Below the pieces are notes generated by a model. It worked only from the letters and a program-made list of their open reading frames with translations, had not been told where the DNA came from and searched no databases. This document shows positions 10,866 through 20,583 of a stretch of DNA of 64,000 nucleotides, piece after piece. The DNA lies in assembly GCA_945872855.1 (NCBI GenBank), contig CAMCAW010000001.1, positions 70,213-134,212 of the forward strand, in the 5' to 3' direction. The position numbers and the translations under genes are program-made. The stretch's first letter is position 1. Every line of letters starts with the position of its first letter. Origin of the DNA: Rickettsia typhi. Its GTDB lineage: Bacteria; Pseudomonadota; Alphaproteobacteria; Rickettsiales; UBA1997.

Positions 10866-11384
10866 TTACTTTCGAGATTGATATTTTTCAAATTCTTCTG
10901 CGCGAAATTTTTTCGCTAAATTTTCCAGAATTGAATTGACGAAACTGGTGCGCGAATCTTCAAAAAAGTGCGAAGAAATTTCAACATATTCATCAAGAAT
11001 AACTTTAAACGGAACATCCTTCGCAACCTTTAATTCTAAGCTTGCAAAGCGTATAATTTGCAGCATTAAGCGCGATAGTTTTTCTATCGTCCAACCATTT
11101 TGCAGCAATGGAGAAATTTCTTCATCAATTGCAGCGACATCAACAACCAAGCCGTTAATTAAATTATCTAAAAGCATCAAATCGATTTTATCGCGATAAG
11201 ATTTTGCATCTTCGCCATCGTCAAAAAGATATTCTTCGATTGTATTATTTTTGATTTCGTTGAGCGAAATTTTATGCTCGTGAAACTCGAATTGATAAAA
11301 AATTTGCACTGCCATCAAGCGAGTAAGGCTGCGCTTGCGAGTAGCAATTTCGGGCTTCGTTTTTCGGTTCTGATTTTTTTGCAT
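10866..11384 (-). CDS. nusB: transcription antitermination factor NusB
   Basis: RLMAVQIFYQ motif, an all-helical ~170 aa protein adjacent to rimM. Confidence 0.85.
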   Translation of the reverse strand: MQKNQNRKTKPEIATRKRSLTRLMAVQIFYQFEFHEHKISLNEIKNNTIEEYLFDDGEDAKSYRDKIDLMLLDNLINGLVVDVAAIDEEISPLLQNGWTIEKLSRLMLQIIRFASLELKVAKDVPFKVILDEYVEISSHFFEDSRTSFVNSILENLAKKFRAEEFEKYQSRK

Positions 11385-11459
11385 TCTTGTTAAATTGACT
11401 TTTTGAGGTCGCTTATTATAATCACGACCAAAATTTTCTCAAGTTTCTTCACAAATATC

Positions 11460-13112
11460 ATGCCAAAAAGAACGGACATCAAATCAATCTTGATTATTGG
11501 AGCTGGACCGATTGTTATCGGACAAGCCTGCGAATTCGATTATTCGGGCACGCAAGCCTGTAAAGCCTTGCGAGAAGAGGGATACAAGGTGATCCTAATT
11601 AACTCAAATCCGGCTACGATCATGACAGATCCGAACCTCGCAGACCGCACCTATATTGAGCCGATCGACCCTGCGGTGGTAGAATCGATCGTCGCGAAAG
11701 AGCGCCCCGATGCAGTATTACCAACGGTTGGTGGCCAAACTGCGTTGAACTGCGCCATCGCTTTAGCAAAAAATGGTGTGCTTGAAAAATATAATGTCGA
11801 GCTAATTGGTGCCTCGATTGACGCGATTAAAAAAGCTGAAGATCGCTCGCTATTTCAAAAGGCGATGGAAAAAATTGGGCTTGAGACGCCTAGAAACGTC
11901 ATCGTTCAGACTCTTGAAGCGGCGATGCAAGCCTTACCAAATATTGGCTTGCCAGCAATTATTCGTCCGTCATTTACAATGGGCGGAGCTGGTGGTGGCG
12001 TGGCTTACACCGAAGAACAGTTTAAGCAAATTGTTGAATATGGTTTAGCAATGTCGCCAACAAACGAAGTGCTGATTGATGAGTCAATCATTGGCTGGAA
12101 AGAGTTTGAGATGGAAGTTGTGCGCGACAAAAACGATAACGCGATCATCATTTGCTCAATTGAAAATGTTGATCCGATGGGTGTGCATACTGGCGATTCT
12201 ATTACTGTGGCGCCTGCTTTAACCCTAACCGATAAAGAATATCAACGTATGCGCGACGCTTCAATTGCGGTGCTGCGCGAGATTGGCGTTGAAACTGGTG
12301 GCTCAAACGTGCAATTTGCGGTGAATCCTGAAGATGGCCGTTTGGTGGTAATTGAAATGAATCCGCGGGTTTCGCGCTCTTCGGCATTGGCTTCGAAGGC
12401 TACTGGCTTCCCAATTGCCAAGGTTGCGGCGAAGTTAGCGGTTGGCTACACGCTTGATGAAATTAAAAATGATATTACTGGTGGCACTACTCCCACTTCA
12501 TTCGAGCCGACTATCGATTATGTTGTGGTAAAAATTCCGCGCTTTGCTTTCGAGAAATTTAAAGGCAGCGATAGCGCACTTTCTAGTTCGATGAAATCGG
12601 TGGGAGAGGCCATGGGTATTGGACGCTCGTTTGTCGAGAGTTTACAAAAAGCGCTGCGCAGCCTTGAGGCGGGCTTCTGCGGGTTTGACGATGTTATGAT
12701 TGCGGCAGAAGATCCTGAACAGCGCACAAAAATTATTTCTGAGAGAATTAAAATTGCAGCGCCAAATAGAATTATATTGATCGCGCAAGCCATGCGAGAA
12801 GGGCTTTCGCTTGAGTTAATCAATAAACTAACTTTCTACGATCCGTGGTTTTTAGAACAAATAAAAAGCATTATTGATGCAGAAAGTGAAGTGAGAAAGA
12901 ATGGCTTGCCCCGCGATTTTGAAGGCATGCTGGCTTTGAAGAGAATGGGTTTTGCAGATAAAAGATTGGCAAAATTAACCGCGATGAATGAGAAAGATGT
13001 GCGGAAGATTCGTCAAGATTTAGGGGTGAATCCTGTCTATAAGCGCGTAGATTCTTGCGCGGCAGAGTTCGATTCGGTTACGTCTTATATGTATTCTTGT
13101 TATGAGAGTTAG
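11460..13112 (+). CDS. carB: carbamoyl-phosphate synthase large subunit, N-terminal half only (split gene or truncation)
   Basis: Motifs [38 protein letters not shown] and [20 protein letters not shown]. The ORF ends ...[18 protein letters not shown]-stop, at the end of the oligomerisation domain, and no second ATP-grasp half follows. ATG 11460 is preferred over TTG 11403. Confidence 0.85.
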   Translation: MPKRTDIKSILIIGAGPIVIGQACEFDYSGTQACKALREEGYKVILINSNPATIMTDPNLADRTYIEPIDPAVVESIVAKERPDAVLPTVGGQTALNCAIALAKNGVLEKYNVELIGASIDAIKKAEDRSLFQKAMEKIGLETPRNVIVQTLEAAMQALPNIGLPAIIRPSFTMGGAGGGVAYTEEQFKQIVEYGLAMSPTNEVLIDESIIGWKEFEMEVVRDKNDNAIIICSIENVDPMGVHTGDSITVAPALTLTDKEYQRMRDASIAVLREIGVETGGSNVQFAVNPEDGRLVVIEMNPRVSRSSALASKATGFPIAKVAAKLAVGYTLDEIKNDITGGTTPTSFEPTIDYVVVKIPRFAFEKFKGSDSALSSSMKSVGEAMGIGRSFVESLQKALRSLEAGFCGFDDVMIAAEDPEQRTKIISERIKIAAPNRIILIAQAMREGLSLELINKLTFYDPWFLEQIKSIIDAESEVRKNGLPRDFEGMLALKRMGFADKRLAKLTAMNEKDVRKIRQDLGVNPVYKRVDSCAAEFDSVTSYMYSCYES

Positions 13113-13236
13113 TTAAAAAATATTGCAATCAGATAGATCTTACGATTTTCAATTTGCATCTTATTAGTTATTTTTGAAATTAATCTTTGCTACGAGCGTA
13201 ATTTAGTTCATCAATTTATATCAAGTCACAAAGCTT

Positions 13237-14094
13237 ATGACTGTTTCTATTATCATATGTGGGCAAAATGAAACCGTGAGAAAATCGGTTGATCAAAGAA
13301 ATATACGCTTATGCACAATGGGCCTCAAATCTTGTGTTGCTGTGATTATAACAGATAAATCAGGCAATATTTCATTAACACATGTAGATGGAAATACCGA
13401 TTTATCATTTATCCCTAAAGAAATTACGGAATTTATGAAGGGGGGGTATAATATTGATGTTGTTGCGGTAGATGGCCTTATGGGTGAATATGTAGCAACA
13501 AAAGTGTCTGCTTACCTCAAAGAAAGTTTTCCAACAATCAATAATTCAAAAGGTAATCAAAATATAAGGAAAATTAAAGAGTCAACAGATTATTCAAGAG
13601 GCGTGATGGTTGATGATTTGGTTGATCAATCTGGCAATTTTCAAATATCTTTAAAGCAACCAGTGTGGCAAGATCTTGAAGAATTTGGTGATGTTAGGGC
13701 TAGTGAAAATGCGCAAAAAAGAATTTATCAGCGACAAATCGCGTTTTATTTTTTACGTGAATCGATGCCGCATTTAGCCTTTGCAGATGATAATTTTATT
13801 GAATATGAGGCAGAGCGAACCGATCTCCCTCAAATACAAAGGTTTTTAGAATCGGTAAAGGGAAAGATTACAGATCCTGCTTTTGTAAGAGATGCTTATC
13901 TAAAAGAAAGTGCTCACCACGAAGTGCTATCTAGCTTGAGAGGCTTAATTTATGCTACAACAAAATATCTTGATCTTCTTGCTCAAGAAACACCAAAGGC
14001 AGTTGAGGCGCCAAAAACATCTGTGTTAGTGAAAGATGCTGCATTGACAAAAAAAGATGGGCTGGAGTCTGGAAAAGCTTGCGGACGTAAGTAG
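13237..14094 (+). CDS. hypothetical protein with N-terminal CheD-like (Cys/His deamidase fold) region
   Basis: TMGLKSCVAVIITDKSGNISLTHV resembles the CheD core GLGSCV[AG]V...D....G..HV. Cys33 and His49 sit at the expected positions. The C-terminal ~140 aa are unassigned. Confidence 0.6.
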   Translation: MTVSIIICGQNETVRKSVDQRNIRLCTMGLKSCVAVIITDKSGNISLTHVDGNTDLSFIPKEITEFMKGGYNIDVVAVDGLMGEYVATKVSAYLKESFPTINNSKGNQNIRKIKESTDYSRGVMVDDLVDQSGNFQISLKQPVWQDLEEFGDVRASENAQKRIYQRQIAFYFLRESMPHLAFADDNFIEYEAERTDLPQIQRFLESVKGKITDPAFVRDAYLKESAHHEVLSSLRGLIYATTKYLDLLAQETPKAVEAPKTSVLVKDAALTKKDGLESGKACGRK

Positions 14095-14116
14095 ATTGAA
14101 AATCAAAAAACTGCGC

Positions 14117-15016
14117 TTAAAAACAAATTGAATTAAACAAATTCACTAACAATAATTTTTTATCAAGATTCAGCGAAGCCGCTTGCGACAAGGCTTTTGC
14201 TATCACGTCACTCAAATCGAAAACTTCTTCTGCGCTAAATTTTTGATTTAGCATCGAAAAAACTTCCTTTTCAGTAAAAAGAAAATACTCAATCTGCCCA
14301 GCATTATAGGCGCTTAGGCGATGTAAGAAAAAGGTTATCGTTTCAGAAAAAATCTCAAAATTAAAATTTTTATCGGCGATTTTTTTTATAATTTCTTCGT
14401 TGATGATGCGGTTTTTTATTGAACTGAGAAATAATTCGTAAATTTCAATCATATCGCGACCCACGTCTATGGCCTTTGCAGGGGAGTCGTCGCACATTAT
14501 TGAGAGGATTTTTATTTCTTCTGCCGAATATTTAAAAATACTTTTTTGTAGAATTTTTGCGAAATCTTCATGTGATAAATCGGGGATTTTTATGAGGTGG
14601 CAGCGTGATTTTATCGTTGCTAAAAGCTTGCTTGGATTATGCGAAATTAATATTAGAAAGTTATTTGGATGCGGTTCTTCAAGAATTTTTAATAAGGCGT
14701 TGGAAGCCGCGCGGTTGAGATCGTCTGCGGCATCGATGATGATGAACTTTTCGTTAGAAATTGCAGAAGTTTGGTTGGCAAAATCGGCGATTTTGCGGAC
14801 TTGATCAACAACAATATCGCGTTTATTTTCTAGTTTTTCGATGAGGAATAAATCGGGGTGATTTTCAAAATTTCCCCCCAAAATTTCTAAAGCAAATTTC
14901 TTCGCAAAATTAGATTTTCCGATCCCTTTTTTGCCGTGAAGCAAAATTGCGTGATGTAATTTATGTTGATGATAATTGCTGCGAAGGCTTGATTTTATTG
15001 AATCGAAGCCAATCAT
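14117..15016 (-). CDS. holB: DNA polymerase III subunit delta'
   Basis: HAILLHGKKGIGKSNFAKKFA motif and AAA+ clamp-loader length. The start overlaps the ccoP stop (ATGA). Confidence 0.85.
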   Translation of the reverse strand: MIGFDSIKSSLRSNYHQHKLHHAILLHGKKGIGKSNFAKKFALEILGGNFENHPDLFLIEKLENKRDIVVDQVRKIADFANQTSAISNEKFIIIDAADDLNRAASNALLKILEEPHPNNFLILISHNPSKLLATIKSRCHLIKIPDLSHEDFAKILQKSIFKYSAEEIKILSIMCDDSPAKAIDVGRDMIEIYELFLSSIKNRIINEEIIKKIADKNFNFEIFSETITFFLHRLSAYNAGQIEYFLFTEKEVFSMLNQKFSAEEVFDLSDVIAKALSQAASLNLDKKLLLVNLFNSICF

Positions 15017-15870
15017 TCGCCGCCACCAAGTGAGTGAACATAAATTGCTAAAGCCTTTATAGTTTTGTCATCGAGACGACCTTTCCAATATGGCATGACG
15101 CCGCCACGGGCATAGGTTACGGTATAGTTTATATCAGCTTTATCCGAGCCATAAAGCCATATCGCATCGGTTAAATTTGGCGCTCCAAACTTGCGATCGC
15201 CCTTGGCTTTAGCGCCATGGCAAGAAGAGCAGTTTTCTTTGAAGATGGCGTCGCCTTGCTTGTTGTAAGGCGCTTTGCCTGATAACGACATCACATATTC
15301 TACTACCGCTTCAATTTCGTCTTTTTTCAAGATTTTATCGAGGCCGAAAGACGGCATTTGTGAGGTGCGCGTTTGCGGGTGTGCAGAGCGAATTCCGTAG
15401 GTGAGTGTTTGTTGAATATCTTCAACTTTGCCGCCCCATAACCAATCGTCGTCGTTTAAATTGGGGAAGCCTTTAAAGCCTGCGGCACCTGTGCCATGGC
15501 AGGCGGCGCAGTTTTCTTTGAAAGAAATGCGGCCAGCGTTAAGAGCGAATTCCATTAATTGCGGATCTTTTTTTATTTCAGCAAAACTTGCTTTAGAAAA
15601 TTTGCCGAGATAAACATTTTTGATGGAGGCAATTTCTTCTTGGCTTTCGACGAGTTGCGATTGTTGGCTCCAATTGAGAGAGCCTTTGCTATTGCCGCTT
15701 GGAGTTGGCCAAGTTGGATAAAAAAACCAATAGCCAACAGACCAAATAATGCAAATAATCCAAACAATTAGCCACCAGCGCGGCGCAGGAACATTATATT
15801 CTTGAATGCCGTCCCAGTCGTGTCCAGTGGTTTGAGGGGCTTTATTTTGATCGTTTTTTTTGTCTTTCAT
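15013..15870 (-). CDS. ccoP: cbb3-type cytochrome c oxidase subunit III (FixP/CcoP)
   Basis: N-terminal HDWDGIQEYNVPAPRWW followed by a TM helix. Two haem-c sites, CAACHG and CSSCHG. Confidence 0.85.
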   Translation of the reverse strand: MKDKKNDQNKAPQTTGHDWDGIQEYNVPAPRWWLIVWIICIIWSVGYWFFYPTWPTPSGNSKGSLNWSQQSQLVESQEEIASIKNVYLGKFSKASFAEIKKDPQLMEFALNAGRISFKENCAACHGTGAAGFKGFPNLNDDDWLWGGKVEDIQQTLTYGIRSAHPQTRTSQMPSFGLDKILKKDEIEAVVEYVMSLSGKAPYNKQGDAIFKENCSSCHGAKAKGDRKFGAPNLTDAIWLYGSDKADINYTVTYARGGVMPYWKGRLDDKTIKALAIYVHSLGGGE

Positions 15871-15998
15871 TGAAAAAAAATGAAAATATTTAAATTTGAA
15901 ATTGTGCTGCTACAATATTCTAGATTATGTTTAAAGCTGTGATACTTTAATTTTTATTAGCATAAAACCCTCTTTCCAAGATTTAAAGATAAAAATAG

Positions 15999-16772
15999 AT
16001 GAAAATTTCTCTGATCATTACAGTTCTTGATGCCGAAAAATATTTGCGTAAGGCGCTAGACTCTTTTTTGGCGCAAGATTACGCCGATAAAGAATTGATA
16101 ATTTTAGACGGAAAATCGCGCGATGGCAGCCATGAAATTATTACGCAATATCAGAAAAATTTTCCGCATTTAATAAAGTGGATTAACGAGCTAGACTCTG
16201 GAATTTCACATGCGCGCAACATTGCGCTCAAGCATGTTACAGGAGATTTTGTGGGATTTTTAGGCGCTGATGATTTTTTGCATAAGGATTTTTATGCGCA
16301 AATGGCTTATTACGCAGAAGTTAACCCCGATTTTGATGTGATGTATTTTAACTCTTACACTGTTGGAAATAATTCTGCTTTCGATAATAGTGCGCAAACT
16401 ATGATAACGATGCGCAACCTGATAAAGCGCTGTCCGATTGGATCGGGAGAATCTTTTTATTATCGGCGCGCGGTTTTTGACACGCTAAAATTCAACGAAA
16501 AAAATCGTTATTCAATGGATTACGAACTTAATGTGGCGTTGGTTAAAAGTGGCAAATATAGATTTTTCCCCGTGAATATTGCGGCGGTTTTTAATGGTAG
16601 TTATGGTGAGAGTATTTCTTTCTCAAGCTCTTTAAAGCAAAGGCTAGAAACCGTTGCGGTGCAATTAAAATATGCGCGCAATTTTAAAGAAAAATTTTGT
16701 ATTTTATATCGTAAGAAAAAATTGATTTTGAAAAATTTTCAAACATTTTGTGAAATAAAAAAAATAATATAA
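15999..16772 (+). CDS. glycosyltransferase family 2
   Basis: GT-A motifs [24 protein letters not shown] and GADD. Confidence 0.8.
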   Translation: MKISLIITVLDAEKYLRKALDSFLAQDYADKELIILDGKSRDGSHEIITQYQKNFPHLIKWINELDSGISHARNIALKHVTGDFVGFLGADDFLHKDFYAQMAYYAEVNPDFDVMYFNSYTVGNNSAFDNSAQTMITMRNLIKRCPIGSGESFYYRRAVFDTLKFNEKNRYSMDYELNVALVKSGKYRFFPVNIAAVFNGSYGESISFSSSLKQRLETVAVQLKYARNFKEKFCILYRKKKLILKNFQTFCEIKKII

Positions 16773-17704
16773 TGAAGATCATTCTTGCAAAGCCGCGCGG
16801 ATTCTGCGCTGGCGTTACTCGCGCAATTGAAACCGTTGAGCGTGCTTTGGCAAAATTTGGGCCGCCAATTTATGTTCGCCATGAAATTGTGCATAATAAA
16901 TATGTGGTAGAATCATTGCGGCAGAAGGGCGCGATCTTTGTTGATGAGGTTACGCAAATTCCGAAAGACGCGATTGTAATTTTTTCGGCGCATGGAGTTT
17001 CGGATAAAGTTGAGGAAGATGCTTTATCGCGCGGCCTTGATGTGATTGATGCCACGTGCCCTTTAGTGAGTAAAGTTCATCGCGAAGCAAAAAAGTATGA
17101 AGATGAGGGTTACGAAATTATTTTGATTGGGCATAAAGGCCACCCAGAAGTTGAAGGCACGAGCGGGCGCGTGAAGAAAAAGGTAATTTTGGTGACAGAT
17201 GAAAATGACGCGCGAACCGTTGAAATTGGGCATCCAGAGAAAATTGCTTATGTAACGCAAACCACTTTAAGCGTTGATGATACGAAAAAAATTGCCAATG
17301 TTTTAGAGAAGAGATTTCCGCAGATGCAGGCGGGGCTTGCCACGAAGGACATTTGTTATGCTACACAAAATCGTCAAGATGCGGTGCGCGAATTATCGAA
17401 AAGCGTGGATATGCTGTTGGTGATTGGGGCGCAGAACAGCTCTAACTCTAATCGTTTGCGCGATTTGGGAGAGGAATGCGGGCGTGTATCTTACTTGATT
17501 AATGGTGCACAAGATATTGATTCTGCTTGGTTTGAGGGCGTTGAGAATATTGGCTTGAGCGCGGGAGCTTCGGCACCAGAGGTGTTGGTGCAAGATGTGA
17601 TTGCAAAAATAAAAGAGCTGGCGAGTGAAGAGGTTGTGGTGTGTGATATGGATGGGATTGTGGAGAATGTGTTTTTTGCTTTGCCAAGGAAGGTTAGGAA
17701 ATAA
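16772..17704 (+). CDS. ispH: 4-hydroxy-3-methylbut-2-enyl diphosphate reductase
   Basis: Motifs [34 protein letters not shown] and SSNSNRL. The start overlaps the upstream stop by 1 nt (TAATG). Confidence 0.93.
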   Translation: MKIILAKPRGFCAGVTRAIETVERALAKFGPPIYVRHEIVHNKYVVESLRQKGAIFVDEVTQIPKDAIVIFSAHGVSDKVEEDALSRGLDVIDATCPLVSKVHREAKKYEDEGYEIILIGHKGHPEVEGTSGRVKKKVILVTDENDARTVEIGHPEKIAYVTQTTLSVDDTKKIANVLEKRFPQMQAGLATKDICYATQNRQDAVRELSKSVDMLLVIGAQNSSNSNRLRDLGEECGRVSYLINGAQDIDSAWFEGVENIGLSAGASAPEVLVQDVIAKIKELASEEVVVCDMDGIVENVFFALPRKVRK

Positions 17705-17732
17705 CTCGAATAAAATTTTTTAAAATAACCGC

Positions 17733-20279
17733 ATGCTTCGAGTTTGTTTATTGGCCATTATTGCTGCTAATTTGCTCATCGTAAGTGGTTGCGGAGGAGG
17801 AGGGGTTTCTTCTGGAGGGGGTAGCAGCGGTAGCGGTGGTAGTAGTAGCGGTGGTAGTAGTGGCGGTGTAACTTGGCTCAATACGGTGACTTCTGCAGAA
17901 GCTAATGTTTATCGAACTAATGAATATAGTAAAATTATCAGCGGCACTACTTACGACCAAAGTTTAGAGCAGATTCATGCGGCAGAAGCCTACGCCTTGC
18001 TTGATAAGAATGATAAAATAAACGGTGGAGATGGGATAAAAATTTCCATTATCGATACTGGTGCGCAAACAAATCACATTGAAATTGCGCCAAACTTTGA
18101 TGCTGCAAATAGCTATAATTATTGGAATAAAAACGGCACGGTTAACGATGTTGATGGCGGACACGGAACGCGTACCGCTTCAATTGCTGCGGGTAATAAA
18201 GGTGATCGCGGCATTCATGGAGTTGCTTATGACGCGAGTTTAGTTATTTCTGATGTATTTTCTAATGATAATGCTAGTGGAAGCACTGCTGAAATATCTG
18301 ATGCCATCAAGGCTTCCTCTGCTATTTCTGGCGTAAAGGTTATCAGCATGAGTCTGGGATATGGTTCGTATTCCGCTTATAATGGAACTGGCGCTGGTGA
18401 AGATTCTGTCGATGTCAATATAATTGCTTCGCTTGCGGCTGCAAAAAGTCACGATGTGTTGACGGTGATTGCTTCTGGAAACGATGCGATGGACGCTAAT
18501 ATCTCTGATCTCAATTACGCTGCTAAGCATGCTAAGTATCTTGCTTATGCCGCCAATCCCAAGCCATCTAAGCCGGCATTGTTTGCTAATAATGAAAATC
18601 TAGCGGGGTATGTTTTGGCCGTTGGCGCTGTTGATGGAAATTCTATAATAGCCAATTTTAGCAATCATTGCACAGACGCAAAAGACTATTGTTTGGTTGC
18701 TCCGGGAGTTAACATTGCAGCAGCTTACGCCTATCCGTCTATCTCAGCGAGCAATTATTATCTTAGATATTCTGGAACTTCAATGGCGGCACCACATGTT
18801 GCTGGTGCGGCAGCAGTTCTGCGCGGCGCATGGCCATTTCTAACGGCACCTCAAGTAGCAAATATTTTGCTTTCAACCGCAACAGATCTAGGTGCTCTAG
18901 GTGTCGATGATGTTTATGGGCATGGCCTGCTAAACCTCTATGCCGCCGTTCAGGCTCAAGGCTCTAACTCTTACGCTTATGGCACATCAGTCTCACAAAC
19001 CAGTTACGACGTGCGCCAATCCTCCTTTGCCACCGATCCAATCTTTGGCGATGCCTTCACCCACAACGTGGCTCCGGCCCTGCAAAATGCGATCTTCTTC
19101 GATGATCACGGCCGCGATTACAAAGCCTTCCTCGATAAAAAAATCACCGCAAAAGGCAACGCTTCCATCGTCAGCAATCTCAACGGAATTTTATTGAACA
19201 ATTATAAAACCAACAGCCTGCCACTTTCTTTCGCATCAAATAAGGCAGAAGGAATTTCGTCGCAGTTAAAATTTCAAGTAAGATCTTACGTAAATGATAT
19301 GGCAGCAAAATTTAGCAACCTCGATAGATCGTTGAGCGATAAGGCCTTAACCGCTAGCAATGGCTTCTCTTTTGCGCAAAATATTAACCATAATAATCGC
19401 GTTTCCTTCGCCTTTAACATCGATGAATTAAGCAATTCGCACGCCAATAAATTTAACAATGCAGGATTTCTTTCAGTAAATTCAATCGCTTCAAACCCTT
19501 ACCAATCCTTTGTTGGCAGCGCTTCGCAAAATTTGCAAGTTGCGTCATCATCGCAAAAAAATTTCAACCAATTATTTTTCGAACATAAATTATTTGAAGA
19601 AAAATTGAAGCTAAATTTTTCCTATCAAGCATCTTACCAAAGCGCGTCAATTGCGGTGGGGAAGGGTGTGCGACAAAATCAAATTATGGATGTAAATCTT
19701 GCTTATAACCCCGACGAAAAAACAAATTTAATGTTATCTTTCGGTAATTTAAACGAGTTCAATAATAATTTTCTAAACTCGCAGGCCCTTGGCGCGTTTG
19801 AGACGGGAGGCGATGCCAAAACATCTTACACTAAAATTGCGATGAGCCGCGAATTGTTAAAAAATATTTCTGCGATTGCAAGTTATTCAGAAGGAATTAC
19901 CAAGGCTGATGGCAATAATCTCGGGGTGTTTCGTGATTATCAAAATATCAGAAGTAGAAGTATGTCTTTTGGTTTTGCAGTGGAAAAAATTCTTGGCGGC
20001 AGGATCAGTATTCTTTATAGCGAACCGCTGCGAGTTTACTCTGGCAAGGCTGCAATCGATGTTCCAATTGCTCGCGACGATGCAGGAAATGTCGCGCGTT
20101 ATCGCGCCGATGTGTCGCTTAAACCGCAAGGAAAACAGCAAAATTTCGAGATGGTTTACGGCCGCGATCTCGGCCAAAACTCGCAGCTAAATTTTAATTT
20201 TATGATCAGCAAAGATGTTGGAAATGTGCGCGGAAATAACGCGCGACTAGGAATGATGATTTATAAGATACGATTTTAA
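17733..20279 (+). CDS. subtilisin-like (S8) serine protease autotransporter, predicted lipoprotein
   Basis: Lipobox LLIVSGC followed by a Gly/Ser linker. Intact triad: IIDTGAQ (Asp), GGHGTRTASIAAG (His), SGTSMAAPHVAG (Ser). The C-terminal beta-domain ends in ...IYKIRF. Confidence 0.85.
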   Translation: MLRVCLLAIIAANLLIVSGCGGGGVSSGGGSSGSGGSSSGGSSGGVTWLNTVTSAEANVYRTNEYSKIISGTTYDQSLEQIHAAEAYALLDKNDKINGGDGIKISIIDTGAQTNHIEIAPNFDAANSYNYWNKNGTVNDVDGGHGTRTASIAAGNKGDRGIHGVAYDASLVISDVFSNDNASGSTAEISDAIKASSAISGVKVISMSLGYGSYSAYNGTGAGEDSVDVNIIASLAAAKSHDVLTVIASGNDAMDANISDLNYAAKHAKYLAYAANPKPSKPALFANNENLAGYVLAVGAVDGNSIIANFSNHCTDAKDYCLVAPGVNIAAAYAYPSISASNYYLRYSGTSMAAPHVAGAAAVLRGAWPFLTAPQVANILLSTATDLGALGVDDVYGHGLLNLYAAVQAQGSNSYAYGTSVSQTSYDVRQSSFATDPIFGDAFTHNVAPALQNAIFFDDHGRDYKAFLDKKITAKGNASIVSNLNGILLNNYKTNSLPLSFASNKAEGISSQLKFQVRSYVNDMAAKFSNLDRSLSDKALTASNGFSFAQNINHNNRVSFAFNIDELSNSHANKFNNAGFLSVNSIASNPYQSFVGSASQNLQVASSSQKNFNQLFFEHKLFEEKLKLNFSYQASYQSASIAVGKGVRQNQIMDVNLAYNPDEKTNLMLSFGNLNEFNNNFLNSQALGAFETGGDAKTSYTKIAMSRELLKNISAIASYSEGITKADGNNLGVFRDYQNIRSRSMSFGFAVEKILGGRISILYSEPLRVYSGKAAIDVPIARDDAGNVARYRADVSLKPQGKQQNFEMVYGRDLGQNSQLNFNFMISKDVGNVRGNNARLGMMIYKIRF
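17832..17861 (+). repeat. perfect 15-bp tandem duplication (agcggtggtagtagt x2) in the Gly/Ser linker coding region
   Basis: Read directly: 17832-17846 is identical to 17847-17861. Confidence 0.9.
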
Positions 20280-20394
20280 TCGAGCGCAAAATAAATCTTT
20301 TTTCGATGACAGTTTTGCAGTAAGTGCTCTCTTTTCTAGTTGCCTGCGCAATCAAGCTTGACGCCTAAAATAGTTTTTATAAATTATCAGAAAT

Positions 20395-20543
20395 TATAGA
20401 GCATGTAAAAGCCTTCTACTATTTTAAGTCCACTTACTACGTCACTTAGGCCCTAGACGGCACGCCGAAGCGGGCCTAAGTGACGTAGTAAGTGGACTTA
20501 AAATAGTAGAAGGCTTAAAAATAGGCTTTTACATGCTTCTATA
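20395..20543. repeat. long palindromic intergenic element (~150 bp hairpin)
   Basis: 20411-20453 is the exact reverse complement of 20472-20514 (43 bp), with an 18-nt loop at 20454-20471. The outer arms 20395-20410 and 20527-20543 also pair, interrupted by a 12-nt insert at 20515-20526. Confidence 0.9.
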
Positions 20544-20583
20544 GCTTCACTCCACATTTACTAAAGTTTTAAACACACCACAG

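Noticed and set aside
11403-11459. The track's upstream TTG extension of carB ([19 protein letters not shown]).
   Set aside because: The conserved CarB N-terminus begins at MPKRTDIKS (ATG 11460). The extension is hydrophobic junk located in the divergent nusB promoter region.
17748-17960. 70-aa minus-strand ORF rich in Thr and Ala runs.
   Set aside because: It is the antisense reading of the Gly/Ser-linker repeat of the autotransporter, so it is a compositional artefact.
20395-20543. I considered whether the palindrome is an integron attC site, a retron msr/msd, a CRISPR repeat or a MITE with target-site duplication.
   Set aside because: No integrase, reverse transcriptase or cas gene is in the window. 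The element has no RYYYAAC/GTTRRRY core sites, no repeat-spacer periodicity and no flanking direct duplication. It is kept only as a generic palindromic element.
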